Positions 36,101 through 44,787 of a stretch of 64,000 nt of DNA are shown here, one piece after another. The notes below the pieces were generated by a model. That model did not search any database and was not told where the DNA came from. It worked only from the letters and a program-made list of their open reading frames with translations. The stretch comes from a virus (lineage: Duplodnaviria > Caudoviricetes), in IMG/VR virus record IMGVR_UViG_3300037440_000703, positions 1 to 64,000 of that record; one strand, given 5' to 3'. Position numbers and translations under genes: made by a program. Within the stretch, counting starts at the first letter, position 1. Each line of letters starts with the position of its first letter.

Positions 36101-36168
36101 GGTGCGCACGATCAAGGGAGGGCTGATGTGGGACTTTCGGTAGCGACGGCTAGGGTGCGCGCGATCAA
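36078..36168 (+). promoter_or_regulatory. Tandemly duplicated promoter element matching TGTCGG-N10-TAnnnT
   Basis: TGTCGG-ACCCGAAGAC-TAGGGT and TTTCGG-TAGCGACGGC-TAGGGT, each followed by GCGCRCGATCAA; 53-bp period. Confidence 0.6.
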
Positions 36169-36186
36169 CCCAAGAGGAGAAAACGG

Positions 36187-36453
36187 ATGACGCAGGCTCC
36201 GACCGTCGGCCGAGTCGTCCACTACGTCTCACTGGGCACGCCTGGCGGTGAATACACGTCGCAGTGCCGCGCCGCGATCGTCACCGAGGTCGTGGACGTC
36301 GGCGGGCCTTACGACGCCGAGTCGCAGAACGCCGTCCCACGGGAACCGCTCGGACTTGCGGTGTTCAACCCGTCCGGGATGTTCTTCAACGAAGCCGAGC
36401 ACGACGAGTTCGACAAGGCCGGTGGGACGTGGCACTGGCCTGAGCGGGTGTGA
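36187..36453 (+). CDS. Conserved actinophage protein (PTVGRVVHYV..CRAAIVT..GTWHWPER), copy 2
   Basis: SD GAGGAG; family motifs. Confidence 0.75.
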   Translation: MTQAPTVGRVVHYVSLGTPGGEYTSQCRAAIVTEVVDVGGPYDAESQNAVPREPLGLAVFNPSGMFFNEAEHDEFDKAGGTWHWPERV

Positions 36454-36454
36454 T

Positions 36455-36958
36455 GTGAAGATCTTCTGTTTCGACGCGGAGACGGACGGGTTGTACGGCC
36501 CGGTGTGGGCGGTCGGCGCCGTCGTGCTGGACAGCGCGAACGGCTGGTTGGCGCGGTTCGGCGCCCAGCTCGACCCGGACACGGTGACCGACCCGTGGGT
36601 GCGCCAGCACGTCGTGCCGGTTGTCGACCTGCCCCGGTTCAGCCGGGGACGCGAGGACCTGCTCAACGCCTTCTGGGCGTTCTGGGTCACCCACAAGGAA
36701 GATGCGGTGTGCGTCGCCGACGTGGGCGCGCCCGTCGAAGCCGGACTGTTCCGGGCCTGCGTCGAACTGGACCTTGCCGCACGGCAGTGGGAGGGGCCGT
36801 TGCCGCTGCACGAACTGGCGACGGCATTGTTGATGGCAGGTGTCGACCCGGACGTGGACCGGCGTGAGTACAGCGGCGCGACCGGTCTTGTCCCGCACAA
36901 CCCGGTGGACGACGCGACCGCGTCGGCACTGTGCTGGCAGCAGGTCGCGCCGGGATGA
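36455..36958 (+). CDS. DEDDh-type 3'-5' exonuclease-like protein
   Basis: FDAETDGL (ExoI) and HNPVDDA (ExoIII). Confidence 0.7.
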   Translation: MKIFCFDAETDGLYGPVWAVGAVVLDSANGWLARFGAQLDPDTVTDPWVRQHVVPVVDLPRFSRGREDLLNAFWAFWVTHKEDAVCVADVGAPVEAGLFRACVELDLAARQWEGPLPLHELATALLMAGVDPDVDRREYSGATGLVPHNPVDDATASALCWQQVAPG

Positions 36959-37191
36959 TCCGCCGTCTCGTCGGCCTCGCAGGCCGCCTGCTGATCACAG
37001 CCGGGCTCGTGCTCGAAGATCTCGTCGACCCGCCGCCGGTCACCGCCGCCACCGACTCCTGCCTGCGCTGCCGGGGCAACGTCGTGGCGACCTCCGCCGA
37101 GCTGTCCGCGCTGCTGCTACGGGCCGCCGAAGGTAGGGAGCCGCTCAACCGGATCGCACGGGACGCCTCGCGGGTGCCCGCAGGGGAATGA
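36955..37191 (+). CDS. Hypothetical protein
   Basis: Coupled ORF. Confidence 0.5.
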   Translation: MIRRLVGLAGRLLITAGLVLEDLVDPPPVTAATDSCLRCRGNVVATSAELSALLLRAAEGREPLNRIARDASRVPAGE

Positions 37192-37433
37192 CTATGGCGA
37201 CGACTGCTCACGAATACGCGACAGCTCGAGGTGGTGTGCGGCCCGAAGTGTTGGCCGTTATCGATGCCAGTCCGGCCGCGCCGTGGTCGCTCGCCACGGC
37301 CCACGTCTGGCTCGACGAGCACCCGGACGAGACCTCGTGCTGGCACTGCCTCGACTGCGACCAGGCGTGCCAGTCGCACAACCCGTGCGACTGCTGCGAC
37401 GCCGACGCGGCAGCCTTCGACGCGGAGGGGTAG
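37188..37433 (+). CDS. Small Cys-rich protein
   Basis: CWHCLDCDQACQSHNPCDCC. Confidence 0.55.
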   Translation: MTMATTAHEYATARGGVRPEVLAVIDASPAAPWSLATAHVWLDEHPDETSCWHCLDCDQACQSHNPCDCCDADAAAFDAEG

Positions 37434-37694
37434 CTAGCTGCAGGTCCAGAGTTCTTCGCCGTCCGCGTTCACGTCCGGAATGCCGTCGCGGAACTGGGGG
37501 CGGTAGACCTCCCGGCGGATGTCCGGCCCCCACGGGTCGTCGTCCAGATCGTAGGCGTACTCCCGGAGTTCGGAGTTCCATCGGGCGCCGTCCGGCAGTC
37601 GGGTGGGCGCCCACATCACATAGCTGCGGCACCAGTCGTCGGTTGAGACACGGCGGCCGGCGTTGTAGCCGTCCGCCAGTTCGATCGTCTTCAC
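37434..37694 (-). CDS. Antisense hypothetical protein, probably leaderless
   Basis: GACACT-N6-GTG; VKTIELADGYNAG.. Confidence 0.6.
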   Translation of the reverse strand: MKTIELADGYNAGRRVSTDDWCRSYVMWAPTRLPDGARWNSELREYAYDLDDDPWGPDIRREVYRPQFRDGIPDVNADGEELWTCS

Positions 37695-37986
37695 AGGCTC
37701 AGTGTCGCAGCCTTCCCGACGGCGGTGGCAGCCTTGCTGGACACCAGATCGCCCCTCTACCAGCAGGTTTACGGGCTCCCCGCACCCGCACACGTGACAG
37801 GTGGCGCTACGATCACGGCGTGAGGTGTCACACGTGAGTCTGGCCACGACAGCAGGGCTGCCGCGTCGGCTTCACGCGACGCCGGGCATGCGGTCCACGC
37901 GCCCGGCCACGCCACGCCATCACACGAAGAGACCCCCGCGACGGCTGTCACCGTCCGGGGGCTTGACCGACTGCGTAGGAGTCGAT

Positions 37987-39042
37987 GTGTCCGAAGGTAC
38001 CCCTGCGCTCGCATGCGCGGAGCCGAGCAAGAAGTATCCGGCTGGCCGTACGGGCGCCCTGGCTGGCTACCAAGCGCACCTGAAGGTCAACGAGACGCCC
38101 TGTCGCGCCTGCCGTGAAGGTGCAGCCGCACACTCGCGTGCGCGATCCGCCAAGCTCAGGGAAAATCGGCACCCCGGCTACGCCTGCGAGCGACCGACCC
38201 TTCGGTACCCCGAGGGCCGCACCGGCACTGCGGCCGGCTACTCGGCGCACTGCACGGACGGCGAGGAGCCTTGCCGTCCATGTGTCGGTGCGTGGAGCGC
38301 TAGGACCGCCCAAAGAACGGCGAACCTTGGCCCGGACGAGCTGAAGCGTCAGCGCGCGCGCGCGGCGAAGAACGCTCGACTCCGCAACACAAATGCTTGC
38401 CTAGTGGCGACGCCCCTGCATCCGACCGGTTGCAGGGGGACCGCAACCGGACACGAGGCGCACATCGCGGCAAGGCAAGGCTCGTGCCCGTCGTGCCGTG
38501 AAGCATCCCTCGAGCACTGGTCGGCGTGCGAGCGTCCCACCTCGAAATACCCGAGCGGTCGAAAGGGGACCAAGTCGGGCTACCTCGCTCACATTTATGC
38601 CAAGGAACCCGCGTGCACCCCATGTCGAGAGGGGCACGTCGCAGCCCAAGCCAGAGCGAGGGCGGACGATCCTGTTGCGGCGCTCTCCGGCACGCTGTGG
38701 TCGAAGTACCGGCTCTCGGTAGACGCGTACAAGGCGATGCTCGCCGAGCAGGGCGGCGCATGCGCTATCTGTGGAGTCGATTCGCCGACCGACGTCCGGA
38801 CTAGCAGGTTTCACGTCGATCACGATCACGCATGCTGTCCTGGGTCGAAATCGTGCGGAAGGTGCGTCAGGGGCCTTCTCTGTCATGCCTGCAATACGGC
38901 GCTCGGTAACTTCAGCGACGACCCGAAGCGACTGACAGCGGCGCTTGCGTACCTAGACGGCAGGAAAACGGACCACACGCGTCCGGGTCTGCGCGAGCAG
39001 CGGTATCGCAGGCGCGCACTCGCAGGGAGCGGTGCCGTATGA
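37987..39042 (+). CDS. Endonuclease VII-family endonuclease with four N-terminal Zn-finger-like repeats
   Basis: 4x C-x20-H-x7-CxxC; QGGACAIC..FHVDHDHACC..CGRCVRGLLCHACN; SD AGGAG. Confidence 0.85.
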   Translation: MSEGTPALACAEPSKKYPAGRTGALAGYQAHLKVNETPCRACREGAAAHSRARSAKLRENRHPGYACERPTLRYPEGRTGTAAGYSAHCTDGEEPCRPCVGAWSARTAQRTANLGPDELKRQRARAAKNARLRNTNACLVATPLHPTGCRGTATGHEAHIAARQGSCPSCREASLEHWSACERPTSKYPSGRKGTKSGYLAHIYAKEPACTPCREGHVAAQARARADDPVAALSGTLWSKYRLSVDAYKAMLAEQGGACAICGVDSPTDVRTSRFHVDHDHACCPGSKSCGRCVRGLLCHACNTALGNFSDDPKRLTAALAYLDGRKTDHTRPGLREQRYRRRALAGSGAV

Positions 39043-40217
39043 GCTTCATCCCGACGATCGACATACCCGAACGACTCCGGACCCTGCTGAACCGAGCCCG
39101 GCCAACCGCCGCACCGCCAGGCTGGTACAAGGTCAGCAACTCGGACGGCGGCACCGACGGCACAGCCACGGTCATGATCTACGACGACATCGGCGGATTC
39201 TTCGGCGTCAACGCCTCCGAATTCGCCGAAGAGTTGAACGCGGTCACAGCGAAGAAGCTAACGATCCGTCTTAACTCGCCCGGCGGGGCAGTCGATCAAG
39301 GTATTTCTATAGCCAACTTGATCCGCAGCCACGACTCCTACGTGACCGTCGTGGTCGACGGCATGGCCGCGTCGATCGCGTCCGTCATCGCCATGGCCGG
39401 CGACGAGGTGGTCATGATGCCTCAGAGCCAACTGATGATTCATGAAGCCTTCGGCCTGACGCTCGGGAACAAGCGGGACTTCCGCAAGATGATTGACGTC
39501 CTAGAGCGATGCGACGGCAACATTGCGGCGGCGTACAGGGCGCGCGCTGGCGGCAGTCAAGACTCTTGGCTGCGGTTGATGGAAGAGGAGACCTGGTACT
39601 CGGCCGACGAGGCCGTGAGTGCCGGGTTGGCCGACCGTGTCGCCGAGTACCCCCGTAGGGAAAAGCCGGACGAGGACGAGCCGGACCTCCCGGAACGGGA
39701 GTACGAGGCCGCCGCCCGCTGGGACCTGAGCGTCTTCCGCTACGCCGGCCGGGAGAAGGCCCCCGACCCGCTGGCCGCCGCACCCCTCCCGCCGTCCGAA
39801 CCCGACGTTGTGCCGGAACCTGGGCGCACGGTCGCACTGGTCGACCTCGCCGACGTCCGGGCCGAAGTGGAACGCGCCGTGGCCGCCGCCAGTGCCGACC
39901 CGCCCGCCTGGTTCACCGCCTGGGCCGAAGCCCACGCCGACCCCGAACTCGAGCCGCCCGTCGAACCGTACGACGGCGACGAGACGCCGGACGGTACGGC
40001 CGGACCGGCGGACAGTCCGACCGAGACGCCGGAAGGCGACACCGGAACACCGGACGACGACCAGCCCGACGTCGAACCGGACGTCAAACCCGAACCTGAC
40101 CCCGAACCGCCCGCCGACGACGGGGAGAGCGACTGGTCTGCGGCCGTCGCCCACCTCACCGCACCCGCCGACCCGTGGGCGGCAGCCACAGCCCATCTGA
40201 GAGGAACCCGCCGGTGA
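39039..40217 (+). CDS. ClpP-type head maturation protease with acidic/Pro-rich C-terminal extension
   Basis: LNSPGG, VDGMAASIAS, MIHEA, EETWYSADEAV..GLAD. Confidence 0.92.
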   Translation: MSFIPTIDIPERLRTLLNRARPTAAPPGWYKVSNSDGGTDGTATVMIYDDIGGFFGVNASEFAEELNAVTAKKLTIRLNSPGGAVDQGISIANLIRSHDSYVTVVVDGMAASIASVIAMAGDEVVMMPQSQLMIHEAFGLTLGNKRDFRKMIDVLERCDGNIAAAYRARAGGSQDSWLRLMEEETWYSADEAVSAGLADRVAEYPRREKPDEDEPDLPEREYEAAARWDLSVFRYAGREKAPDPLAAAPLPPSEPDVVPEPGRTVALVDLADVRAEVERAVAAASADPPAWFTAWAEAHADPELEPPVEPYDGDETPDGTAGPADSPTETPEGDTGTPDDDQPDVEPDVKPEPDPEPPADDGESDWSAAVAHLTAPADPWAAATAHLRGTRR

Positions 40218-41620
40218 CGACCGCAGCGCCACCCGTCCCGATCCCGAATTCCGGCGTGGAACTCGCCGAGATGATGCACGACCCCGCCACCCGGGTGAAG
40301 ATCCTCGGCACCACGCCGGACGAGTGCACGGCGTTCTTCGACGCCTACGCCCAGAAGGCGCAGGGGCCGGGCACCGACCTGCAACGGCAGGTCGCCGAAG
40401 AAACCCAGCGGCAGCTCGCCAACTACCTCCGCGACCTGGACGTGGACGGCGACAGCGCCGACCGGGTCACCAGCCGCCTCCGCCACGGCCCGCAGGGCAA
40501 GCGCGGCCGGGCCGACGTCCTCACCTCCTACGGGCAGGGCGCCACCCACAACCCGCACGCCCCCGGCGCGGCGTTGGACGACGTGTTCGACAACGCCGTC
40601 GACTTCCTCAACAGCATCTGGCACCTGAACCCCGACGCCGGGGTGCCCGGCTCGGCCACCCAGGGCAAACTGGCGAAGATCCGTAACGCCGCGTCGAGCG
40701 TCAGCCCCGCCGACGGCGGGAACCTCGTCCCCGAAGTGCTCCGCGCCCGCCTCCTCGAGCTGGCCGTCGAACGGTCGGTGGCACGCGCCCGGGCCACCGT
40801 GATCCCCATGGATTCGGCCCGCGTGCCGTTCCCGCTCATCGACGTCAGCTCCCACGAGACGTCGCTGTTCGGCGGGATGGTCGCCTACTGGGGCGAGGAA
40901 GGCTCCGCCCTCGTCGACGCCAACCCGAAGTTCGGCCGGGTCGTCCTCGACGCGCAGAAGCTCACCGGGCTGTCCGTCGTCCCCAACGAGCTGCTGCAGG
41001 ACAGCATCATCTCGTTCTCCGCGCTCATCGAACGGCTCTGGCCGCGCGTCCTCGCCTTCAAGGAGGACACCGGGTTCATCTCCGGCGGCGGGGTCGGCGA
41101 ACCGCTGGGGGCGCTGTCCGCGAACAACCCGGCGCTGATCGTCCAGGCAGCCGAAGCCGGCCAGCTCGCCGACACGGTGATCCTCGAGAACGTCGTCAAC
41201 ATGTACAGCCGGATGCTGCCCACCTCGCTGGGCAACGCCGTCTGGCTGTGCTCGCCGATGGTCCTCCCCAAGCTGTTCACGATGAGCCTGTCGGTGGGCA
41301 CCGGCGGGGCGCCGATGATGCTGATGAACGTGTCCGGCGCAGCGCCGATGACCCTGCTCGGACGGCCGATCGTCGTCACCGAGCAGGCCGAAGCGCTCGG
41401 CAACCAGGGCGACCTTTCCTTCGTCGACTTCGAGTACCTGCTCGTCGGCGACCGGCAGATGATGACCGCGTCGTCCAGCACCGAGTGGAAGTTCGGGAAC
41501 GACCAGACGGCCTACCGGATCATCCAGCGGGTCGACAGCCGGCCGTGGGTGCCGTCCGCTCTCACCCCCCGCTACGGCGGGGATTCGCTCAGCCCGTTTG
41601 TCACCCTCGCGGCCCGCTGA
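40214..41620 (+). CDS. HK97-fold major capsid protein
   Basis: DGGNLVPE, AYWGEEG, PNELLQDS, G.GVGEPLG, TLLGRPIVVTE, GDLSFVDF..Y..GDRQ. Confidence 0.93.
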   Translation: MTTAAPPVPIPNSGVELAEMMHDPATRVKILGTTPDECTAFFDAYAQKAQGPGTDLQRQVAEETQRQLANYLRDLDVDGDSADRVTSRLRHGPQGKRGRADVLTSYGQGATHNPHAPGAALDDVFDNAVDFLNSIWHLNPDAGVPGSATQGKLAKIRNAASSVSPADGGNLVPEVLRARLLELAVERSVARARATVIPMDSARVPFPLIDVSSHETSLFGGMVAYWGEEGSALVDANPKFGRVVLDAQKLTGLSVVPNELLQDSIISFSALIERLWPRVLAFKEDTGFISGGGVGEPLGALSANNPALIVQAAEAGQLADTVILENVVNMYSRMLPTSLGNAVWLCSPMVLPKLFTMSLSVGTGGAPMMLMNVSGAAPMTLLGRPIVVTEQAEALGNQGDLSFVDFEYLLVGDRQMMTASSSTEWKFGNDQTAYRIIQRVDSRPWVPSALTPRYGGDSLSPFVTLAAR

Positions 41621-41641
41621 CGTAGGCAAGGAGACCTCATC

Positions 41642-42154
41642 ATGGCAACTGACGCCTACGCCCTCGGCAAGACGTTCGACGTCGCCGTCGTCGCCGCCGT
41701 CCAGGATTTGGACGCGGGGAACGTCACCGGCAACCGGGTCAACCTGCGGCACGCCGGCATCTGCAGTTTCGTGCTGTTCGCCGACGCCTCCTCCGACGGC
41801 GCCGACCTGAACTGCACCGTCCGCGAACACGACGCGGCCACGTCCGGTACCAGCCAGGACCTGGCGGTCGTCACCGACTGGTTCAAGAAAGACGAGACCA
41901 CGCTGGACGGCGACGAGACGTGGACCCGCACGTCGCAGACCGCCGCCGCCGCGATCTCGGCCGTAGCCGGGTCGGCGGAAGTCGAAAACCTGTGGGTGAT
42001 CGAAGTCCGCTCCGAGCAGCTGTCCGACGGCTTCGACTGGATTTCGCTGAACATCGCCGACGTGACGACGGCCGCGAAGTACGGCGGGGTCCTCGCGATC
42101 CTCACCGACCTGAAGATCCAGCGGGCACCCGAACGCCTCGCCGCCACCCAGTAG
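41642..42154 (+). CDS. Putative capsid decoration/accessory protein
   Basis: Directly after the capsid gene, SD AAGGAG, beta-rich. Confidence 0.6.
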   Translation: MATDAYALGKTFDVAVVAAVQDLDAGNVTGNRVNLRHAGICSFVLFADASSDGADLNCTVREHDAATSGTSQDLAVVTDWFKKDETTLDGDETWTRTSQTAAAAISAVAGSAEVENLWVIEVRSEQLSDGFDWISLNIADVTTAAKYGGVLAILTDLKIQRAPERLAATQ

Positions 42155-42216
42155 CCGTCCTACCGGTCCAACAAGGGTCAGGGCCGTGAGGCCGGAACCC
42201 CGAAACGGAGTGCCCC

Positions 42217-43173
42217 GTGACCTCGTCGCAGGCGAAGTTCTCCCCGCTGTTCGCCCGGCAGCAGCCGGGCGGTGTCCTCACCGTCGCCGGGATCGACGAA
42301 ACGCCGGGCGACGTGTGGTTCGTCGACTCGGCGGCCACCGGCGCCGGGGTGACCACCGGGCACGGCCGGAGCCCGCACAGCCCGTTCGCCACCCTCGCCT
42401 ACGCCTTCTCTTCCGACCTGGTCGGCTCCGGTGACGTCGTCTACGTCATGCCCGGCCACGCCGAAGCGGTGGTCGCCGCCGGGACGATCACCATGGACAT
42501 CCCAGGTGTGCGGGTCGTCGGCCTCGGCCGGGGGTCGAGCCGGCCGACGTTCACGTTCGGGACGGCCGACACCGCCACCTGGCTGATCACAGCCGCGAAC
42601 GTCAGCGTCGAGAACGTGCTGGTCACCTGCACGGGCGCACTCAACTTCGCGAGCGCGATCACCGTGACGGCCGCTGACGTGCTGCTGGCCGACGTGGAGG
42701 TCCGCGAGTCGGGTGCCACGTCCCAGTTCGTGGACGCGATCATCCTCGGTACCGGGGCCGCGCGGGCGAAGGTGGTCCGCCCGGTGATCCGCTCGCACGC
42801 CTCGGGTGACGCGGCGGCGTCCGGGATCCTCATCTCGGCCGCTGTGGACGGGGTGGAGATCGACGACGCGAACATCGACGGCCTGTTCGCGACGGGCTGC
42901 ATCGAGTCGACGGCGGCCGCGACGAACACGGTGATCCGCCGGCCGTTGCTGCGCATCCGGCACGCGACGCAGGACGCGGCGATCAACCTGAACTCCGCGA
43001 ACACCGGGTTCGTGCTGTCACCTCGGGTGCGGACGGCTACCGACGACGCGGGCGGGTTCAACGGCGCGCTGGTCGGCGCGGACATGCAGTGGTACGACCC
43101 GCTGGTCGTCAACGCCGACGGGGAGCGCGGCGCGATTCTCGACACGGCCATCGCCGACTCCGACGCGACCTGA
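42217..43173 (+). CDS. Right-handed beta-helix (pectin-lyase-like) virion protein
   Basis: WFVDS..G.SP.SPFATL..A..GDVVYVMPGHAE, then beta-helix-like repeats. Confidence 0.7.
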   Translation: MTSSQAKFSPLFARQQPGGVLTVAGIDETPGDVWFVDSAATGAGVTTGHGRSPHSPFATLAYAFSSDLVGSGDVVYVMPGHAEAVVAAGTITMDIPGVRVVGLGRGSSRPTFTFGTADTATWLITAANVSVENVLVTCTGALNFASAITVTAADVLLADVEVRESGATSQFVDAIILGTGAARAKVVRPVIRSHASGDAAASGILISAAVDGVEIDDANIDGLFATGCIESTAAATNTVIRRPLLRIRHATQDAAINLNSANTGFVLSPRVRTATDDAGGFNGALVGADMQWYDPLVVNADGERGAILDTAIADSDAT

Positions 43174-43175
43174 CG

Positions 43176-43379
43176 ATGGCTGTCACCTGCCGGGACTGCG
43201 CCCTGCCGTTCGAGGTGTGGCCGGACGGGGGCTGTCCGAACTGCGGCAGCGCCGAACCGGCCGGCACGATCTCGCCCGGCGAGACGTCCGGCTCCGAGCC
43301 TGCCCCGCCCAAGACTGCCGCGCGGACCCGGCCGGGACGGCGCGCCGGGGCCGCGAAACCGTCCGGCGGTAGTCCGTGA
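43176..43379 (+). CDS. Small CxxC..CxxC protein with basic tail
   Basis: CRDC..CPNCGS. Confidence 0.55.
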   Translation: MAVTCRDCALPFEVWPDGGCPNCGSAEPAGTISPGETSGSEPAPPKTAARTRPGRRAGAAKPSGGSP

Positions 43380-44176
43380 CCACCTACGCCAGGGGCACCG
43401 AGGGCCGGCTCAACGACATTCTCGCGACTCTCGGCACGACGAAGACGTCGCTCTGGCCGTTCTGGGAGAAGACCGGCACCCTGGTGACCGGGATCGGACC
43501 CGGCGACCTGGTCCCGTCCGAAACAGCCGGTGTCGCCGAAGCGTTGGAAGACGATTTCGCGCCGGTCGCCTTGCCGTGCGGGCTGCACTCCTACCATTTC
43601 CATCCGACCGGGGACCATCATCTCGCCGGGGTCGACCACGGCAACTATTCGTTCGGCGACGGCACGGTGGACTCGGCGTTCAGCGTGGGCGCATGGGTCC
43701 GCCCGAACGCGATCGTCACCAACGTGATCCTCGGGAAGTACGACTCGGCGGGGAACTTGGAGGAGTGGCGGTTTTTCGTCGACTCCGCCGGACTGCTGTC
43801 GTTGGAGTTGCACGACGCGAGCGCCAGCGCCTCGGAGGTCGCCGTGTCGTCGGCGGCGCTGACCGCAGGCCAGTGGGTGTTCGCCGTCGCCACCTACGAC
43901 GGGACCGAGACCGCGCCCGACGTCCGCCTGTACCTGTCGTCTGCGACCGGGGCCGTGGCGGCGGTCAACGACGGGACGACTGTGGAGACCAACGCCTACG
44001 TGGCGATGGAGAACACCGCCGCCCCGCTCACCGTCGGCTGCTCCGGTGTGACCGCCACCCCGGTCGCCGAGTTCCACGGCCGCCTCGCCCTCCCGTTCGT
44101 CACGGGCAAGCAGCTGACGGCCGCCGAAGTGACGACGTTGTACGGGTACACGGCGCCGATGGTCGGAGTGGCCTGA
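43376..44176 (+). CDS. LamG/concanavalin A-like domain virion protein
   Basis: FSVGAWV..GQWVFAVATYDG..RLY..LTAAEV..LY. Confidence 0.8.
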   Translation: MTTYARGTEGRLNDILATLGTTKTSLWPFWEKTGTLVTGIGPGDLVPSETAGVAEALEDDFAPVALPCGLHSYHFHPTGDHHLAGVDHGNYSFGDGTVDSAFSVGAWVRPNAIVTNVILGKYDSAGNLEEWRFFVDSAGLLSLELHDASASASEVAVSSAALTAGQWVFAVATYDGTETAPDVRLYLSSATGAVAAVNDGTTVETNAYVAMENTAAPLTVGCSGVTATPVAEFHGRLALPFVTGKQLTAAEVTTLYGYTAPMVGVA

Positions 44177-44177
44177 G

Positions 44178-44786
44178 ATGCCGATGTTCGTGGACGCCGC
44201 CGAGAACGCCGGGCTGGACGCGGTCGCCGCGCTCGCCACCCACGCCAGCCTGCACTCCGCCTATTCGGCGAGCGGCGCCAACGAGCTGACCGGCGGCAGC
44301 CCTGCCTACGCCCGGCAGGCGATCGCCTGGGACACGGCGGCGTCCGGCCAGCTGCTCCTCACCGGCACCGAGGTGTTCGACGTGCCCGCCGCCGCGACAG
44401 TGGCCTGGGTGGGCCTGTGGTCCGCGTCCAGCGGGGGCACTTTCTACGGCATGGTCCCAGCGGTCGGGGCGTCCGGTGCCACGCCGCACCCGTTCACCGC
44501 GACCACCGCCGACGTCCTCACCTCGCCCGGCCACGGCCTGTCCGACGGGCAGCGGGTGGTGCTCCTCGCCGGGCAGGGCACCCTCCCGACCGGGGTCACC
44601 GAAGGCACCCTCTACTGGGTGGTGTCCACCTCGGGGGACACGTTCTCCGTGTCCGCGACGGAAGGTGGTAGTGCCGTCGACCTGACCGCCGCCGGGTCGG
44701 GTGCCGTCCAACGGGCTGTGGTCGAGACGTTCGCCGACCAGGGCACGTACACGGTTTCCGAGGTCACTGTCACCGCGTCGAGTTGA
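44178..44786 (+). CDS. Putative fibre/virion structural protein
   Basis: SLHSA..GANELTGGSPAYARQAI.W..FDVPA..WVGLW with an inserted HGLSDGQRV..LPTGV..YWV domain. Confidence 0.7.
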   Translation: MPMFVDAAENAGLDAVAALATHASLHSAYSASGANELTGGSPAYARQAIAWDTAASGQLLLTGTEVFDVPAAATVAWVGLWSASSGGTFYGMVPAVGASGATPHPFTATTADVLTSPGHGLSDGQRVVLLAGQGTLPTGVTEGTLYWVVSTSGDTFSVSATEGGSAVDLTAAGSGAVQRAVVETFADQGTYTVSEVTVTASS

Positions 44787-44787
44787 C

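Noticed and set aside
36097-36168. 19-bp repeat, 34-nt spacer, repeat, resembling a mini-CRISPR array
   Set aside because: Only two copies, similarity extends into the supposed spacer, no cas genes, and the unit matches a promoter consensus.
39039-40217. Host clpP
   Set aside because: Position between portal and capsid and the long acidic extension indicate the phage prohead protease.
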